64,000 nt of DNA from positions 48,292-112,291 of the forward strand of contig CAZESB010000001.1 of assembly GCA_964515115.1 (NCBI GenBank), written 5' to 3'. This stretch comes from an uncultured Pseudomonadales bacterium (GTDB lineage: Bacteria > Patescibacteriota > Microgenomatia > UBA1400 > PJMF01). A model generated the notes under the pieces. The model worked only from the letters and a program-made list of their open reading frames with translations, ran no database searches and was not told the origin of the DNA. Both the position numbers and the translations under genes were made by a program. Shown here piece after piece: positions 29,978 to 39,452 of the stretch; positions within the stretch are counted from its first letter, which is position 1, and each line of letters starts with the position of its first letter.

Positions 29978-31333
29978 ATGAAACAGAAACGCAAACGCAG
30001 TATTGTGATTTGTGGCGGTGCTTTTGGTGATGAGGGTAAGGGCAGAGTAGTTGATTCGTTTGTGAATGAATTCGCCGCTTTGGGCCAAATTGTGGTTTAT
30101 CGTGACAACGGTGGGGCAAATGCTGGTCACACTGTCGAGTTTGACGGGGTGCGGGTGGCGCTGCATCAGTTGCCCTCAGGGGTGTTTTTTGAAGCTGGCA
30201 CGGTGATTTTGGGCAAAGGCATGGTTTTGCATCCGGCTGATTTACTTGAGGAAATTGCTGAAGTAGAAAAAGCTGTTAGTGGCCAGGTGCCGGCGCGGAT
30301 CAAAATTGACGAAATGGCGGCCTTGTCTTTGGATACCCACCGCGCTTTTGAAGCAGTACTGAAAGATTGGCAAACCGGCCAACACGGTTCGACCGGCAGA
30401 GGGATTGCACCGGCGTATGTTGATATTTTACTGCGTCATCCTCTGAGGATGCGGGATCTTTTACATTTTGATGAAGAAAAGATCAGCAAACATTACGATT
30501 TGTATGCGGCTTTAGTCAGCGGTTTGGATGCTGAGTTGGCAGCCGCTCCGGTGCCTACTCTCACCGGGGAGATGACTACGACTGGCACCAAGAAGCAATT
30601 CATTACCAAGCTCCGAGAGCAAGCGGCTGCCCTCAAACCCTACATCGAAGACGTGTCTGATTTTCTTACCACCGCCTGGAAAGATGAGAAAAATTACAGT
30701 TTTGTTTTTGAAAAAGCTCAGGCCATTGGGTTGGATTACCGTTGGGGTGTTTATCCGGACGTAACCGCTTCGGATACTACCAGCGCCGGTATCTTCGCCT
30801 CCACCGAAGGCATCATCGACCCGGAGCAGATCGAGATTCATGCCGGCGTGCTCAAAGCCACTTACATGTCGAGTGTTGGTGTCAGGCAATTGCCTACCGT
30901 TATGCCAGCAGAGGAGGCGGAAATTATCCGCCGAGACGCGCACGAGTATGGCGCCACCACCGGCAGGCCGAGGGACGTGGTTTATTTTGATTTACCGATG
31001 CAACAGTACTTGGCTAAAGTGGGCAGACTAACCCACCTAGTCCTAACTCATATGGATATCGTTTATCCGGACAGGAAAGTGAAAATTTGCCGGCAGTATA
31101 CCCTGAAAGGCAAACCAGTAACCTACCGACCGGATCAAGAATTTCTTCTCCAAGTTCAGCCGGTTTATGAAGAGTTTGCACCTTGGGATGTTGCAGAGCT
31201 GCGGCAAGCCAAAGACCGCGAATCCCTACCGAAAAACGCCAAAATCTTCATTGAATTTTTGGAAACTGAATTTCAGCTGCCAGTACTGATGATCACCACT
31301 GGGCCGGCAAGGGGAGCCGAGGTTATTTTCTAA
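29978..31333 (+). CDS. purA: adenylosuccinate synthetase family, divergent
   Basis: GDEGKG, GGANAGHT, LHQLPSG, EYGATTGRPR. Confidence 0.85.
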   Translation: MKQKRKRSIVICGGAFGDEGKGRVVDSFVNEFAALGQIVVYRDNGGANAGHTVEFDGVRVALHQLPSGVFFEAGTVILGKGMVLHPADLLEEIAEVEKAVSGQVPARIKIDEMAALSLDTHRAFEAVLKDWQTGQHGSTGRGIAPAYVDILLRHPLRMRDLLHFDEEKISKHYDLYAALVSGLDAELAAAPVPTLTGEMTTTGTKKQFITKLREQAAALKPYIEDVSDFLTTAWKDEKNYSFVFEKAQAIGLDYRWGVYPDVTASDTTSAGIFASTEGIIDPEQIEIHAGVLKATYMSSVGVRQLPTVMPAEEAEIIRRDAHEYGATTGRPRDVVYFDLPMQQYLAKVGRLTHLVLTHMDIVYPDRKVKICRQYTLKGKPVTYRPDQEFLLQVQPVYEEFAPWDVAELRQAKDRESLPKNAKIFIEFLETEFQLPVLMITTGPARGAEVIF

Positions 31334-31359
31334 TTCTAATTGACCTCAATAGCGCCACC

Positions 31360-31944
31360 CTACGGCGTGGTGAACTCAGGCATATTTTCAAACAGATTAG
31401 TAAAAGTGACATTAGTTGGCACTGCAAACTCACTGTCACTAATATTGGCTCGATCACAGCTAAATTGTACTGGCGATTCCTCTGATTCATCCGCTTCCTC
31501 AGTGAAGGCCGTGGTTGGCTCATCAGCAAGAGGCTCAGCCGGGCGCTCTTGAGCTTCCTGAGCAAACTCTTTTGCCTGCTCCTCATTAATGGTGTACATC
31601 ATGCCGGTAGGGTTACCTTCAGTCCAGATGTATTGAGTAGTGCCGAGTATCAGCACATATGATTTTTGGCCACTCGGGTCGGTGCTGATGATTTTCATAT
31701 TCTTGTCTTTGACCAAATATTCAGCCAAACTTTGAGCATTTTCGTCAATAGCAGTACACCTGACCGAGGCTCCAGTTTCCATGGCTCTGGCCAAAGTCAA
31801 CATCTCCGCATCAAAGGCAGCGCTATCTTGAACACTTTCCGACTCAGGCTCAACTTGATCAGGAGAGCGGTTGATACAACCACTCAACACCAATGATCCG
31901 GCAATTAACAAAACTCCTAGACGGAGGGAAGCATGGCGAAACAT
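31360..31944 (-). CDS. putative lipoprotein
   Basis: Signal peptide ending VLSGC (lipobox); AAGGAG SD. Confidence 0.7.
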   Translation of the reverse strand: MFRHASLRLGVLLIAGSLVLSGCINRSPDQVEPESESVQDSAAFDAEMLTLARAMETGASVRCTAIDENAQSLAEYLVKDKNMKIISTDPSGQKSYVLILGTTQYIWTEGNPTGMMYTINEEQAKEFAQEAQERPAEPLADEPTTAFTEEADESEESPVQFSCDRANISDSEFAVPTNVTFTNLFENMPEFTTP

Positions 31945-32203
31945 ATCGATCTCCTTCGGACAGGATACTTAGTAGTAGGCTTTTTGCTTGTCACAGCAAT
32001 GAGTTTACCTCTACCTTATTAATATAGCACGTGGCGGGAACAAAATACAGCAAAGTAAAGGTCAAAAAGTAATCAAGGATAAAAAAACCAGCAAAATCAC
32101 CCTTTCTCCCAGGCTTTGCGATAATTATGCGGCAATTATGCGGGAATAGCGCCCACCAACATGCTAGCTTTTTGCCAGCCAGCCTCTGATACAATCAGGG
32201 AGA

Positions 32204-33376
32204 ATGAAGGTAACTTTATCCCAAGATCAGCGAGTAGCTCTCAATAAACTCTGGCAGTGGCTCAAGTACGACAGCAAAACCGAGGGTTATATTACTCTGG
32301 GAGGCTATGCCGGCACCGGTAAAACTACTTCGCTGGCGGTTTTCAGAAAATATTTGCGGGCAGTTTTGCCAGACTGGCAGGTAGCTTTCATTAGTTTCAC
32401 CGGCAAAGCCACCCGGGTGCTGAAATCGGCGCTTAGGCAGCAGCAAGCCATCTACCAGGACGATTTTGTCGGCACAATTCATTCGCTGATTTATTCGCCG
32501 GTGATCAATGAGCGTCAAGAAATTATCAGCTGGGACCGCAAAAACCAACTTGATTACCAACTGATTATCATTGATGAAGGCTCAATGGTGGATTACCAAA
32601 TTTGGCAAGATCTGAAGAGGTATGAGATTCCGATTATTGCTGCCGGTGATCACGGTCAATTGCCGCCGATTCAGGGCAGTTTTAATTTAATGGCAGCGCC
32701 GCAGCTTAAGCTGGAACAAATTCATCGCCAGGCGAAAGATAATCCGATCATCAATCTTTCGATGATGGCCAGAGAAAAAGGGGAGATTCCGGTGGCTAAT
32801 TATGCTCCGGGAGTCAAGAAACTGTCGCGGGAGGATTTTGCCTCGCAAGAATTAGTAGAGCAGATGATTAGAATGCACCCGGAACAAAGCTTGATTCTTT
32901 GCGGCTACAACAAAACTCGCATCAAGCTCAACGCTTTTGCTCGGGAATTGTTGGGTTTTGAAATGCCCGAACCGCGCCCTCAAGATAGAGTAATATGTTT
33001 GCGCAATAACCATGAAAAAGACGTCTATAACGGTATGCTTGGAACTGTAATTTCTCTGACTAAAGAAGATAAAAAGTGGTATTTTGCAGAAATTGCTTTG
33101 GATGAAGAACCGGAACCCTATCGCGGTTTAATTTTAGCAGAACAATTCAATGCTGAGCGGGCAAAGAACTTTACTTCAGAGCGCGCCGACACTTTGCAAG
33201 GCGAGCTTTTTGATTTCGGTTACGCTTTAACGGTTCATAAAGCTCAAGGCAGCCAGGCTAAAAAAGTAATAGTTTTTGAGGAGAGATTCAAGCAGATGGA
33301 CGACGAAATGTGGCGCCGCTGGCTGTATACTGCGGTCACCCGAGCGGAGCAAGAATTGTATATAATAGGAGATTAA
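32204..33376 (+). CDS. SF1B RecD/Dda-like helicase
   Basis: GYAGTGKT, IIDEGSM, GDHGQLPP, YALTVHKAQGS, YTAVTRA. Confidence 0.92.
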   Translation: MKVTLSQDQRVALNKLWQWLKYDSKTEGYITLGGYAGTGKTTSLAVFRKYLRAVLPDWQVAFISFTGKATRVLKSALRQQQAIYQDDFVGTIHSLIYSPVINERQEIISWDRKNQLDYQLIIIDEGSMVDYQIWQDLKRYEIPIIAAGDHGQLPPIQGSFNLMAAPQLKLEQIHRQAKDNPIINLSMMAREKGEIPVANYAPGVKKLSREDFASQELVEQMIRMHPEQSLILCGYNKTRIKLNAFARELLGFEMPEPRPQDRVICLRNNHEKDVYNGMLGTVISLTKEDKKWYFAEIALDEEPEPYRGLILAEQFNAERAKNFTSERADTLQGELFDFGYALTVHKAQGSQAKKVIVFEERFKQMDDEMWRRWLYTAVTRAEQELYIIGD

Positions 33377-33389
33377 ATAGGAAACTAAA

Positions 33390-33674
33390 ATGATCTTGCA
33401 AGTAATTGTCTTTTTATTTATCGGCTTTTTTGTTGGTTTCCTGGCGCATTTCAATCTCAGCCAGCAGGCTAAAATTTTTGATCCCTGGGGGTCGATTATT
33501 ATTGGTATCATTGGCTCGTTGGTTGGTGGTTTTCTGGCACCGGCTTTCAATATTTTCGTTTTAAATTACGTTTTGTTAGGCTCTTTTTTGATGGCGATTT
33601 TGGGAGCGATGAGCTTTATTTGGCTGGCCTCTTTTATTAAAATGATTATTTTTGCCCGACCAAACAGTGAATAG
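33390..33674 (+). CDS. GlsB/YeaQ/YmgE family membrane protein
   Basis: IIIGIIGSLVGG, AILGA. Confidence 0.75.
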   Translation: MILQVIVFLFIGFFVGFLAHFNLSQQAKIFDPWGSIIIGIIGSLVGGFLAPAFNIFVLNYVLLGSFLMAILGAMSFIWLASFIKMIIFARPNSE

Positions 33675-33762
33675 CTTACTTTTTTTTCTAACCCAACTCT
33701 TACGTTTTTTTTATCTTAGCCATAATTGCTCTTGATGTAATTGATTCCAGCAAAAAGGATTT

Positions 33763-34431
33763 ATGACCGATTACCACCAATTTTCCGACCGCCAAGAAGC
33801 GGGTCTTAGGTTGGCCCAAGAAATTGAAACCTCACTCGAGCCTGAAGCAGAAGTGATGGTATTGGGTTTGCCTAGGGGCGGAGTGCCGGTGGCTTATGAA
33901 GTGGCCAGACATTTGCAGGTACCGATGGATGTTTTGGTGGTTCGCAAGCTGGGCTACCCGGGCAACCAGGAATACGCAGTCGGAGCTTTAGCGGAAGGCG
34001 GACAGCAAGTCACCAACGATAAGGCCTTGGAGTATGTGTCTCATAGCCAGTGGGAGCAGGTCTTGGCTAAAGAACAACTGGAACTTGAGCGCCGGATCCA
34101 TACTTACCGGTCTGGCAAGGCCTTTCCTAATTTGCGAGGCAAAACGGTAGTGATAGTTGATGATGGTTTAGCTACCGGCGCCACGATGTTGGCCGCGATC
34201 AAGACGGTGAAGCGATATCAGCCGAAAAGAATTATTGTAGCGGCACCGGTTGGCGCCAAAGAAACTTGTCAGGAAATTCTCAGCACCGTCAATGAAGTCA
34301 TTTGCCTCCGGATGCCGGAGCCTTTTTATGGTGTGGGTGCTTGGTATCAATCTTTTCCTCAAACTTCAGACGAAACAGTTAGACATTTACTCGATATGGC
34401 CCAACATGGGTTCAATGGCCGCCAGGCTTAA
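33763..34431 (+). CDS. phosphoribosyltransferase family protein
   Basis: LPRGGVPV, VDDGLATGAT. Confidence 0.9.
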   Translation: MTDYHQFSDRQEAGLRLAQEIETSLEPEAEVMVLGLPRGGVPVAYEVARHLQVPMDVLVVRKLGYPGNQEYAVGALAEGGQQVTNDKALEYVSHSQWEQVLAKEQLELERRIHTYRSGKAFPNLRGKTVVIVDDGLATGATMLAAIKTVKRYQPKRIIVAAPVGAKETCQEILSTVNEVICLRMPEPFYGVGAWYQSFPQTSDETVRHLLDMAQHGFNGRQA

Positions 34432-34449
34432 AGGAATAAAAGGAATAAA

Positions 34450-35073
34450 ATGAGAATGAAAAACTTTTTATTGACTAATTTGATTGCCGGCACTTTTGCC
34501 GTTGGCACTTTTTATGTGCCTGATTTTTTTGATCGAGTTAACGCCAACGATCAGGGATCAGCCAACACTTCTTCTTCATCAATCAAAGTCAAAAGCAATA
34601 CCAGCAGTCAAGGTAATTCCAGTGTTCGGGTGAAGCAGACGGTTCGCAGCAATAACAATCAAGTTGAAGTTTATACCTATCGCGAAGAGAATGGTAAGGT
34701 GCTGGAAGACAATCGACGCACCATTCGTTCTGAAACTGAGCGTTCCGCAGCTGAAAATCAGCCTGACTCAGATCAGCTCCGCCGACAAACCAGGGAAAGA
34801 GTGCAAAATCAAGCTGAGGCCGCCTTGAAAAATTTTGAGGAAAAACTCAAGCAGGCTGAAATTGAAATAACTGACAAACTTACTGACGCAGAACAAGAAA
34901 TTGCCACCGAAAAACAAGAGGCAGAAAAGGAACTTGATCAAATTAGCCAGGAGGCTGGAGAAGCAGAAACGGAGTTGCGGCTGCGGTGGCAGCAACAGCT
35001 GGAAGAGCGGGAAGAAAGTTTTTGGCAGCGGCTGCGCCATTGGCTTCGCCTGAGGATTGAGAGTTTAAGGTAA
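34450..35073 (+). CDS. secreted/anchored hypothetical protein with Ser-rich and coiled-coil regions
   Basis: N-terminal hydrophobic segment; AGGA SD. Confidence 0.65.
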   Translation: MRMKNFLLTNLIAGTFAVGTFYVPDFFDRVNANDQGSANTSSSSIKVKSNTSSQGNSSVRVKQTVRSNNNQVEVYTYREENGKVLEDNRRTIRSETERSAAENQPDSDQLRRQTRERVQNQAEAALKNFEEKLKQAEIEITDKLTDAEQEIATEKQEAEKELDQISQEAGEAETELRLRWQQQLEEREESFWQRLRHWLRLRIESLR

Positions 35074-35095
35074 ACCTTGTTATAATCAGGCCCGC

Positions 35096-36205
35096 ATGAC
35101 ATTGAGGATCGCTAAAATCATTTTATTTTTCACTACGACGGTTTTGATTTTTGTGAGTTTGGTTGCTGTAGCTGCTTTTGTGGGTGAGGCGCGCAATCGC
35201 GCTGAAAATAGCGGCAATAGTGGCAATGAAGCTAGCAACGGAGTCGAGGGGCAAGCAGAATTTTTGAGTGACGGCAGCGCGGAGGCAGAAGTCCCCGATT
35301 TTGCTTTTAAAGAATTAACGATTCCGTATTTGCGTGGTCGAGATTATCAGAGTAGCTTGGGTGGATTGGCAGAGGTAAGCCGGAATGGTGGCTACACTGC
35401 CTATCTCACCAGTTACGATTCTGATGGTTTTCGTGTCAACGGACTCCTGACGATTCCCGACGGAGCAGAGCCGGCTGGCGGTTGGCCGGCGCTGGTTTTT
35501 GTTCACGGCTACATCCCGCCGACTCAATACCGGACTTTACAGCGCTACGAAGATCACGTGGACTATCTGGCCAGGAGTGGTTTGGTAGTTTTTAAGATTG
35601 ATTTGCGCGGGCATGGCAGCTCGGAGGGCAGTCCCAACGGTGCTTATTATTCCGGTGATTATGTTGTTGATACTCTCAATGCCCGCGCCGCTCTTCAAGC
35701 CACCGACTTTGTTAATGCTGACAAGATTGCCCTTTGGGGTCACAGTATGGCCGGCAACGTGGTGTTGCGCAGTTTTGTGGCCGCTCAAGATGTGCCGGCT
35801 ATTGTTGTCTGGGCTGGCGCGGTATTTACTTACGATGACATGCGCCAGTTTGGTATCGAAGACAACAGTTATTCACCGCCGGCCGAGTACTCGGAGCGCC
35901 AGCGGGAGCGACGCCGACTGATGGAAACTTATGGTAATTTTAACGCTGAGAGTCAATTCTGGAGCCAAGTTGTTCCCACCAATTATTTAGCTGGCTTGCC
36001 GGGTGCTATTCAACTTCATCATGCTCTCGATGATCAAGTTACCAGCATTGAGTACAGCCGCAATCTCAGCCTTATTCTTGAAGAGAAGAGCGTCGAACAT
36101 GAGTTCTATGAATATTCAGATGGCGGTCACAACCTCAACGGCAGCGCTTTCACCAGTGCCATGCAAAGGACGGTGGATTTTCTTAAAAGAGAGCTGAGTT
36201 ATTGA
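35096..36205 (+). CDS. membrane-anchored alpha/beta hydrolase (S9-like)
   Basis: VHGY, DLRGHG, WGHSMAG, catalytic D and GGHN. Confidence 0.88.
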   Translation: MTLRIAKIILFFTTTVLIFVSLVAVAAFVGEARNRAENSGNSGNEASNGVEGQAEFLSDGSAEAEVPDFAFKELTIPYLRGRDYQSSLGGLAEVSRNGGYTAYLTSYDSDGFRVNGLLTIPDGAEPAGGWPALVFVHGYIPPTQYRTLQRYEDHVDYLARSGLVVFKIDLRGHGSSEGSPNGAYYSGDYVVDTLNARAALQATDFVNADKIALWGHSMAGNVVLRSFVAAQDVPAIVVWAGAVFTYDDMRQFGIEDNSYSPPAEYSERQRERRRLMETYGNFNAESQFWSQVVPTNYLAGLPGAIQLHHALDDQVTSIEYSRNLSLILEEKSVEHEFYEYSDGGHNLNGSAFTSAMQRTVDFLKRELSY

Positions 36206-36270
36206 CGCAACACTTTTATCAATAATATAACTTGCAATAGCATTATTCTTTATGATATAATAACGATATT

Positions 36271-36522
36271 ATGAGAAATATTATTTCAATTACTTCAAGA
36301 GGTCAGCTAAATTTACCCAAAGCTTTACTAGATGATATGGATATTACTCCACCTGTAAAAGCAATCGTTAGTCAAGTGGGTAATAAAATCATTGTTGAGC
36401 CACGCGCCAATTTTTGGTCACTAGAAGGCTCGCTCAAGTCAGAAAAAAAACTTTCTGATGTGGAACTCAGAGAAGCAAGAGAAGCATTCTCTAAAGAGTG
36501 GGGGAGTAATGAGCAAGGTTAG
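36271..36522 (+). CDS. AbrB/MazE/SpoVT-type antitoxin
   Basis: ITSRGQLNLPK...KIIVEP; overlaps the PIN gene. Confidence 0.82.
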   Translation: MRNIISITSRGQLNLPKALLDDMDITPPVKAIVSQVGNKIIVEPRANFWSLEGSLKSEKKLSDVELREAREAFSKEWGSNEQG

Positions 36523-36889
36523 AACGAAACTTGTTGATACCAATGTGATTTTGCGCTATCTAGTTGGCGATAATAAAAGCCAACAATTGAGGGCGCGCGA
36601 CTGGTTCTTGGCAGCAGAAGCGGGTGAGTTTGAGCTGGTGATTGCACCACTTGTAGTTGCGGAAGCCTGCTTCGTCTTGGAATCTTTTTATAAACTGGAC
36701 AGAGCAGAAATTGCCCGAGCCTTCGAGGTTTTTTTGAGCCAAAAGTGGTTACAGGTTCAAAATAGAGAAGTGCTGCTTGGTCTTTGGTCGCGATATATGA
36801 AAGGTCTACATTTTGTGGATAGTTATTTATTATCTTATGCAGACAATGAAAAGTATGGGATTTTGAGCTTTGATAAAGAGCTTAATTAA
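36509..36889 (+). CDS. vapC: PIN-domain (VapC) toxin
   Basis: VDTNVILRYL, VAE, FVDSY, SFDK. Confidence 0.85.
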   Translation: MSKVRTKLVDTNVILRYLVGDNKSQQLRARDWFLAAEAGEFELVIAPLVVAEACFVLESFYKLDRAEIARAFEVFLSQKWLQVQNREVLLGLWSRYMKGLHFVDSYLLSYADNEKYGILSFDKELN

Positions 36890-36950
36890 AGTATCTCCAG
36901 AAGAATTTGCAACCAACCTGAATCTAACAACACCTGCTACAATACACCTC

Positions 36951-38033
36951 ATGTCACTCTCAGTCGGAATCGTTGGTCTGCCCAATGTGGGGAAATCCAC
37001 TTTGTTTAACGCGCTTTTAAAGCGCCAGGTGGCGTTGGCGGCCAATTATCCTTTTGCTACCATCGATCCCAACACTGGTGTAGTGCCGGTGCCGGACGAG
37101 CGCCTGGAAAAGTTGGCTAAAATTGTCAACACTCAAGTGATCAAACCCGCTACTGTCGAGTTTGTCGATATCGCCGGTTTAGTGAAAGGGGCTGCCGAGG
37201 GTGAAGGCTTGGGCAACCAGTTCTTGGCTCACATTCGGGAAGTTGATTTAATTGCTCATGTCATTCGTGGTTTTTCTAATGAACAAGTACTGCGAGAAGG
37301 CAGCATTGATCCTCAAACCGACCGTCAGATTATCGAGATGGAGCTGCTTTTAGCGGATATCGCCACTTTAGAAAAACAAAAAGAACCGAAAGCTAGTAAG
37401 GACAAAGATGAGTTATTTCGTTGGGCGGCGATCCAGAAAATGTTAGCGGCCGCCCGTAACGAAACCTTAATCGCCGCCGCTCTCACTACGCCTGAAGAAC
37501 AGAAAATCGCTCGCGAACTTGGCCTGCTCACTGCCAAAACGATTCTTTACGTACTAAATGTGGACGAAGCGGTAGTTAGCCAGCAAGAAACTCTAACTCA
37601 AAAGTTTGCCGCTGAACTTAAAATCAATCCCGACCAGCTCATCATCATCAGCGCCCAAATTGAAAGCGAACTTTCTTCTCTCAGCGACGAAGACCAAAAA
37701 CTTTATCTCCGTGATCTTGGTCTGCAAAAGAGCGGTTTGGAGCGGTTGATCCAGCAAGCTTACCAACAACTAAAGCTGCAAAGCTTCCTCACCGCCGGCG
37801 AAAAAGAAGTTCGTGCCTGGACCATCCGTCAAGGCACCACCGCGCCACAAGCAGCCGGCGTTATTCACACCGATTTTGCCAAAAAATTTATCAAAGCTAA
37901 GGTGGCTAACTACCACGATTTCCTCGAGCACAACGGCTGGAAAGGTCTGAAAGAAAGCGGCAAACTTCGGTTGGAAGGTAAAGATTACCTGATGCAGGAG
38001 GGTGACGTGGTTGAGTTCATGATCGGTGCCTAA
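36951..38033 (+). CDS. ychF: redox-regulated ATPase YchF
   Basis: GIVGLPNVGKST, ANYPFATIDPN, DIAGLV, TGS domain. Confidence 0.97.
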   Translation: MSLSVGIVGLPNVGKSTLFNALLKRQVALAANYPFATIDPNTGVVPVPDERLEKLAKIVNTQVIKPATVEFVDIAGLVKGAAEGEGLGNQFLAHIREVDLIAHVIRGFSNEQVLREGSIDPQTDRQIIEMELLLADIATLEKQKEPKASKDKDELFRWAAIQKMLAAARNETLIAAALTTPEEQKIARELGLLTAKTILYVLNVDEAVVSQQETLTQKFAAELKINPDQLIIISAQIESELSSLSDEDQKLYLRDLGLQKSGLERLIQQAYQQLKLQSFLTAGEKEVRAWTIRQGTTAPQAAGVIHTDFAKKFIKAKVANYHDFLEHNGWKGLKESGKLRLEGKDYLMQEGDVVEFMIGA

Positions 38034-38069
38034 TTTTATGCTATAATACGGTTCAACAATATTAATTAA

Positions 38070-38131
38070 TTCTGTCTGTTCGCCGGCGGCGGACTCCAAA
38101 GCTCTAAGGCAGAATGAAAGGAGCAAAAATA
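38070..38131 (+). promoter_or_regulatory. structured rpsF leader, possible S6:S18 autoregulatory element
   Basis: TTCTGTCT/AGGCAGAA stem enclosing GTTCGCC/GGCGGAC; TGCTATAAT upstream. Confidence 0.45.
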
Positions 38132-38491
38132 ATGAAACTTCCACCAAAAGACTTGGTGCGTTCCTACGAGTTAACTTTCGTCATTCCCGGCGATCGGACT
38201 AGTGTGCAAGTAGCCGCTGTTGATACTGCGGTCAAAGCCTTGGCCAAAAAACATAAAATTAAAGTAGTTTCAGAAGAGGACTGGGGTAAAAAAGAGTTGG
38301 CCTACACCATTACTCACCAAGCCAAGCACCACCATGAGGGCTATTATCATCACTTGGTTTTGGAAACGGCAGCGGGTAATGTTCGAGATTTTGAGCAGGA
38401 TATTCTGCTCAACGAAGACATTATGCGCCACTTATTAGTCATTGCGGAGGCAACTCCGGCGGTAACAGTACCTGAATCAGCAAAGGAGTAA
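38132..38491 (+). CDS. rpsF: 30S ribosomal protein S6
   Basis: YELTFVI, EDWGKKELAYTI, IMRHL; rpsF-ssb-rpsR synteny. Confidence 0.93.
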   Translation: MKLPPKDLVRSYELTFVIPGDRTSVQVAAVDTAVKALAKKHKIKVVSEEDWGKKELAYTITHQAKHHHEGYYHHLVLETAAGNVRDFEQDILLNEDIMRHLLVIAEATPAVTVPESAKE

Positions 38492-38588
38492 GTTCTACAG
38501 TTAATTCAAGCTAAGACCTATAGATTAAGCACAGTAATAGAGAGTACAGGCCGCTTTAGCGGTTTAACCGGTACAGAAAGGATGATTC

Positions 38589-39065
38589 ATGTCAGTCCGC
38601 TCACTTAATAAAGTAATGTTAATCGGGAATCTTACCCGAGATCCCAACCTCCGCTACACCCCCAATAACACGGCGGTGTGTTCATTTGGGTTGGCCACCA
38701 ATCGTTCCTGGACCCCCAATGAAGGTGGCGAAAAGCAAGAAAGGGTGGAATATCACAACGTTGTGGCTTGGTCTAAGCTGGCGGAAATTTGCGAGCAACT
38801 CCTACACAAGGGAGACAAGGTTTATGTCGAAGGTCGACTGCAAACCAGAGAATGGAAAACCGAAGACAATGTCGAACGCAGGACCACCGAAGTAATCATT
38901 GATAACATGATCTTGCTCAGAACGGCGTCTGGTGCCGGTGTTGGTGATGACGATGATGATGATAACAGCAGTAGCACCGCCGCCGCCAGCATCTCGGACG
39001 ATGATATGCCCAGCGCGGATGACGTTTCTGAAGCAGAAGACGTAGCCGACGATGTCCCGTTTTAG
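38589..39065 (+). CDS. ssb: single-stranded DNA-binding protein
   Basis: LNKVMLIGNLTRDP, VEGRLQTR, DDVPF tail. Confidence 0.98.
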   Translation: MSVRSLNKVMLIGNLTRDPNLRYTPNNTAVCSFGLATNRSWTPNEGGEKQERVEYHNVVAWSKLAEICEQLLHKGDKVYVEGRLQTREWKTEDNVERRTTEVIIDNMILLRTASGAGVGDDDDDDNSSSTAAASISDDDMPSADDVSEAEDVADDVPF

Positions 39066-39104
39066 GGAAAAGTTGGCTCAATAAGGTTCAATAGAAAGGA
39101 AATT

Positions 39105-39320
39105 ATGGTCAAAAAAACCTCTCAGGGCAGAGCTAAAACTGATCCTCAGGCAACTTTTTCATACAAAAATTATGAAACTTTGCGCCGATTTATTACCACT
39201 CAAGGATCAATTCTTTCCAGGAGTGAAACTCGACTGACGCAAAAACAGCAGCGTGGTTTAGCCAAAGCAATCAAGAGAGCCAGGCATTTAGCCTTGTTGC
39301 CCTTTACTCAAACCGTATAA
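39105..39320 (+). CDS. rpsR: 30S ribosomal protein S18
   Basis: [27 protein letters not shown]. Confidence 0.95.
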   Translation: MVKKTSQGRAKTDPQATFSYKNYETLRRFITTQGSILSRSETRLTQKQQRGLAKAIKRARHLALLPFTQTV

Positions 39321-39322
39321 GC

Positions 39323-39358
39323 CAGGAAAAATGCCCCTCATCCAGGGGTATTTTTCTG
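39323..39358 (+). terminator. intrinsic terminator after rpsR
   Basis: AAAAATGCCCCT-CATCC-AGGGGTATTTTT. Confidence 0.75.
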
Positions 39359-39452
39359 CGGAAACTTGCGGGAGCGTCTATGTCCAAGGCAACTATGGCA
39401 GGATAATTCTAGTTTTGAAAAAACCAGCGTTTCTGCGTACAATAAAAACCTC

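Noticed and set aside
29978-31333. PurZ / Z-genome system (PurA-like + MazG + HD genes)
   Set aside because: The catalytic Asp of GDEGKG is retained (PurZ has Ser), and the three genes are far apart with no phage context
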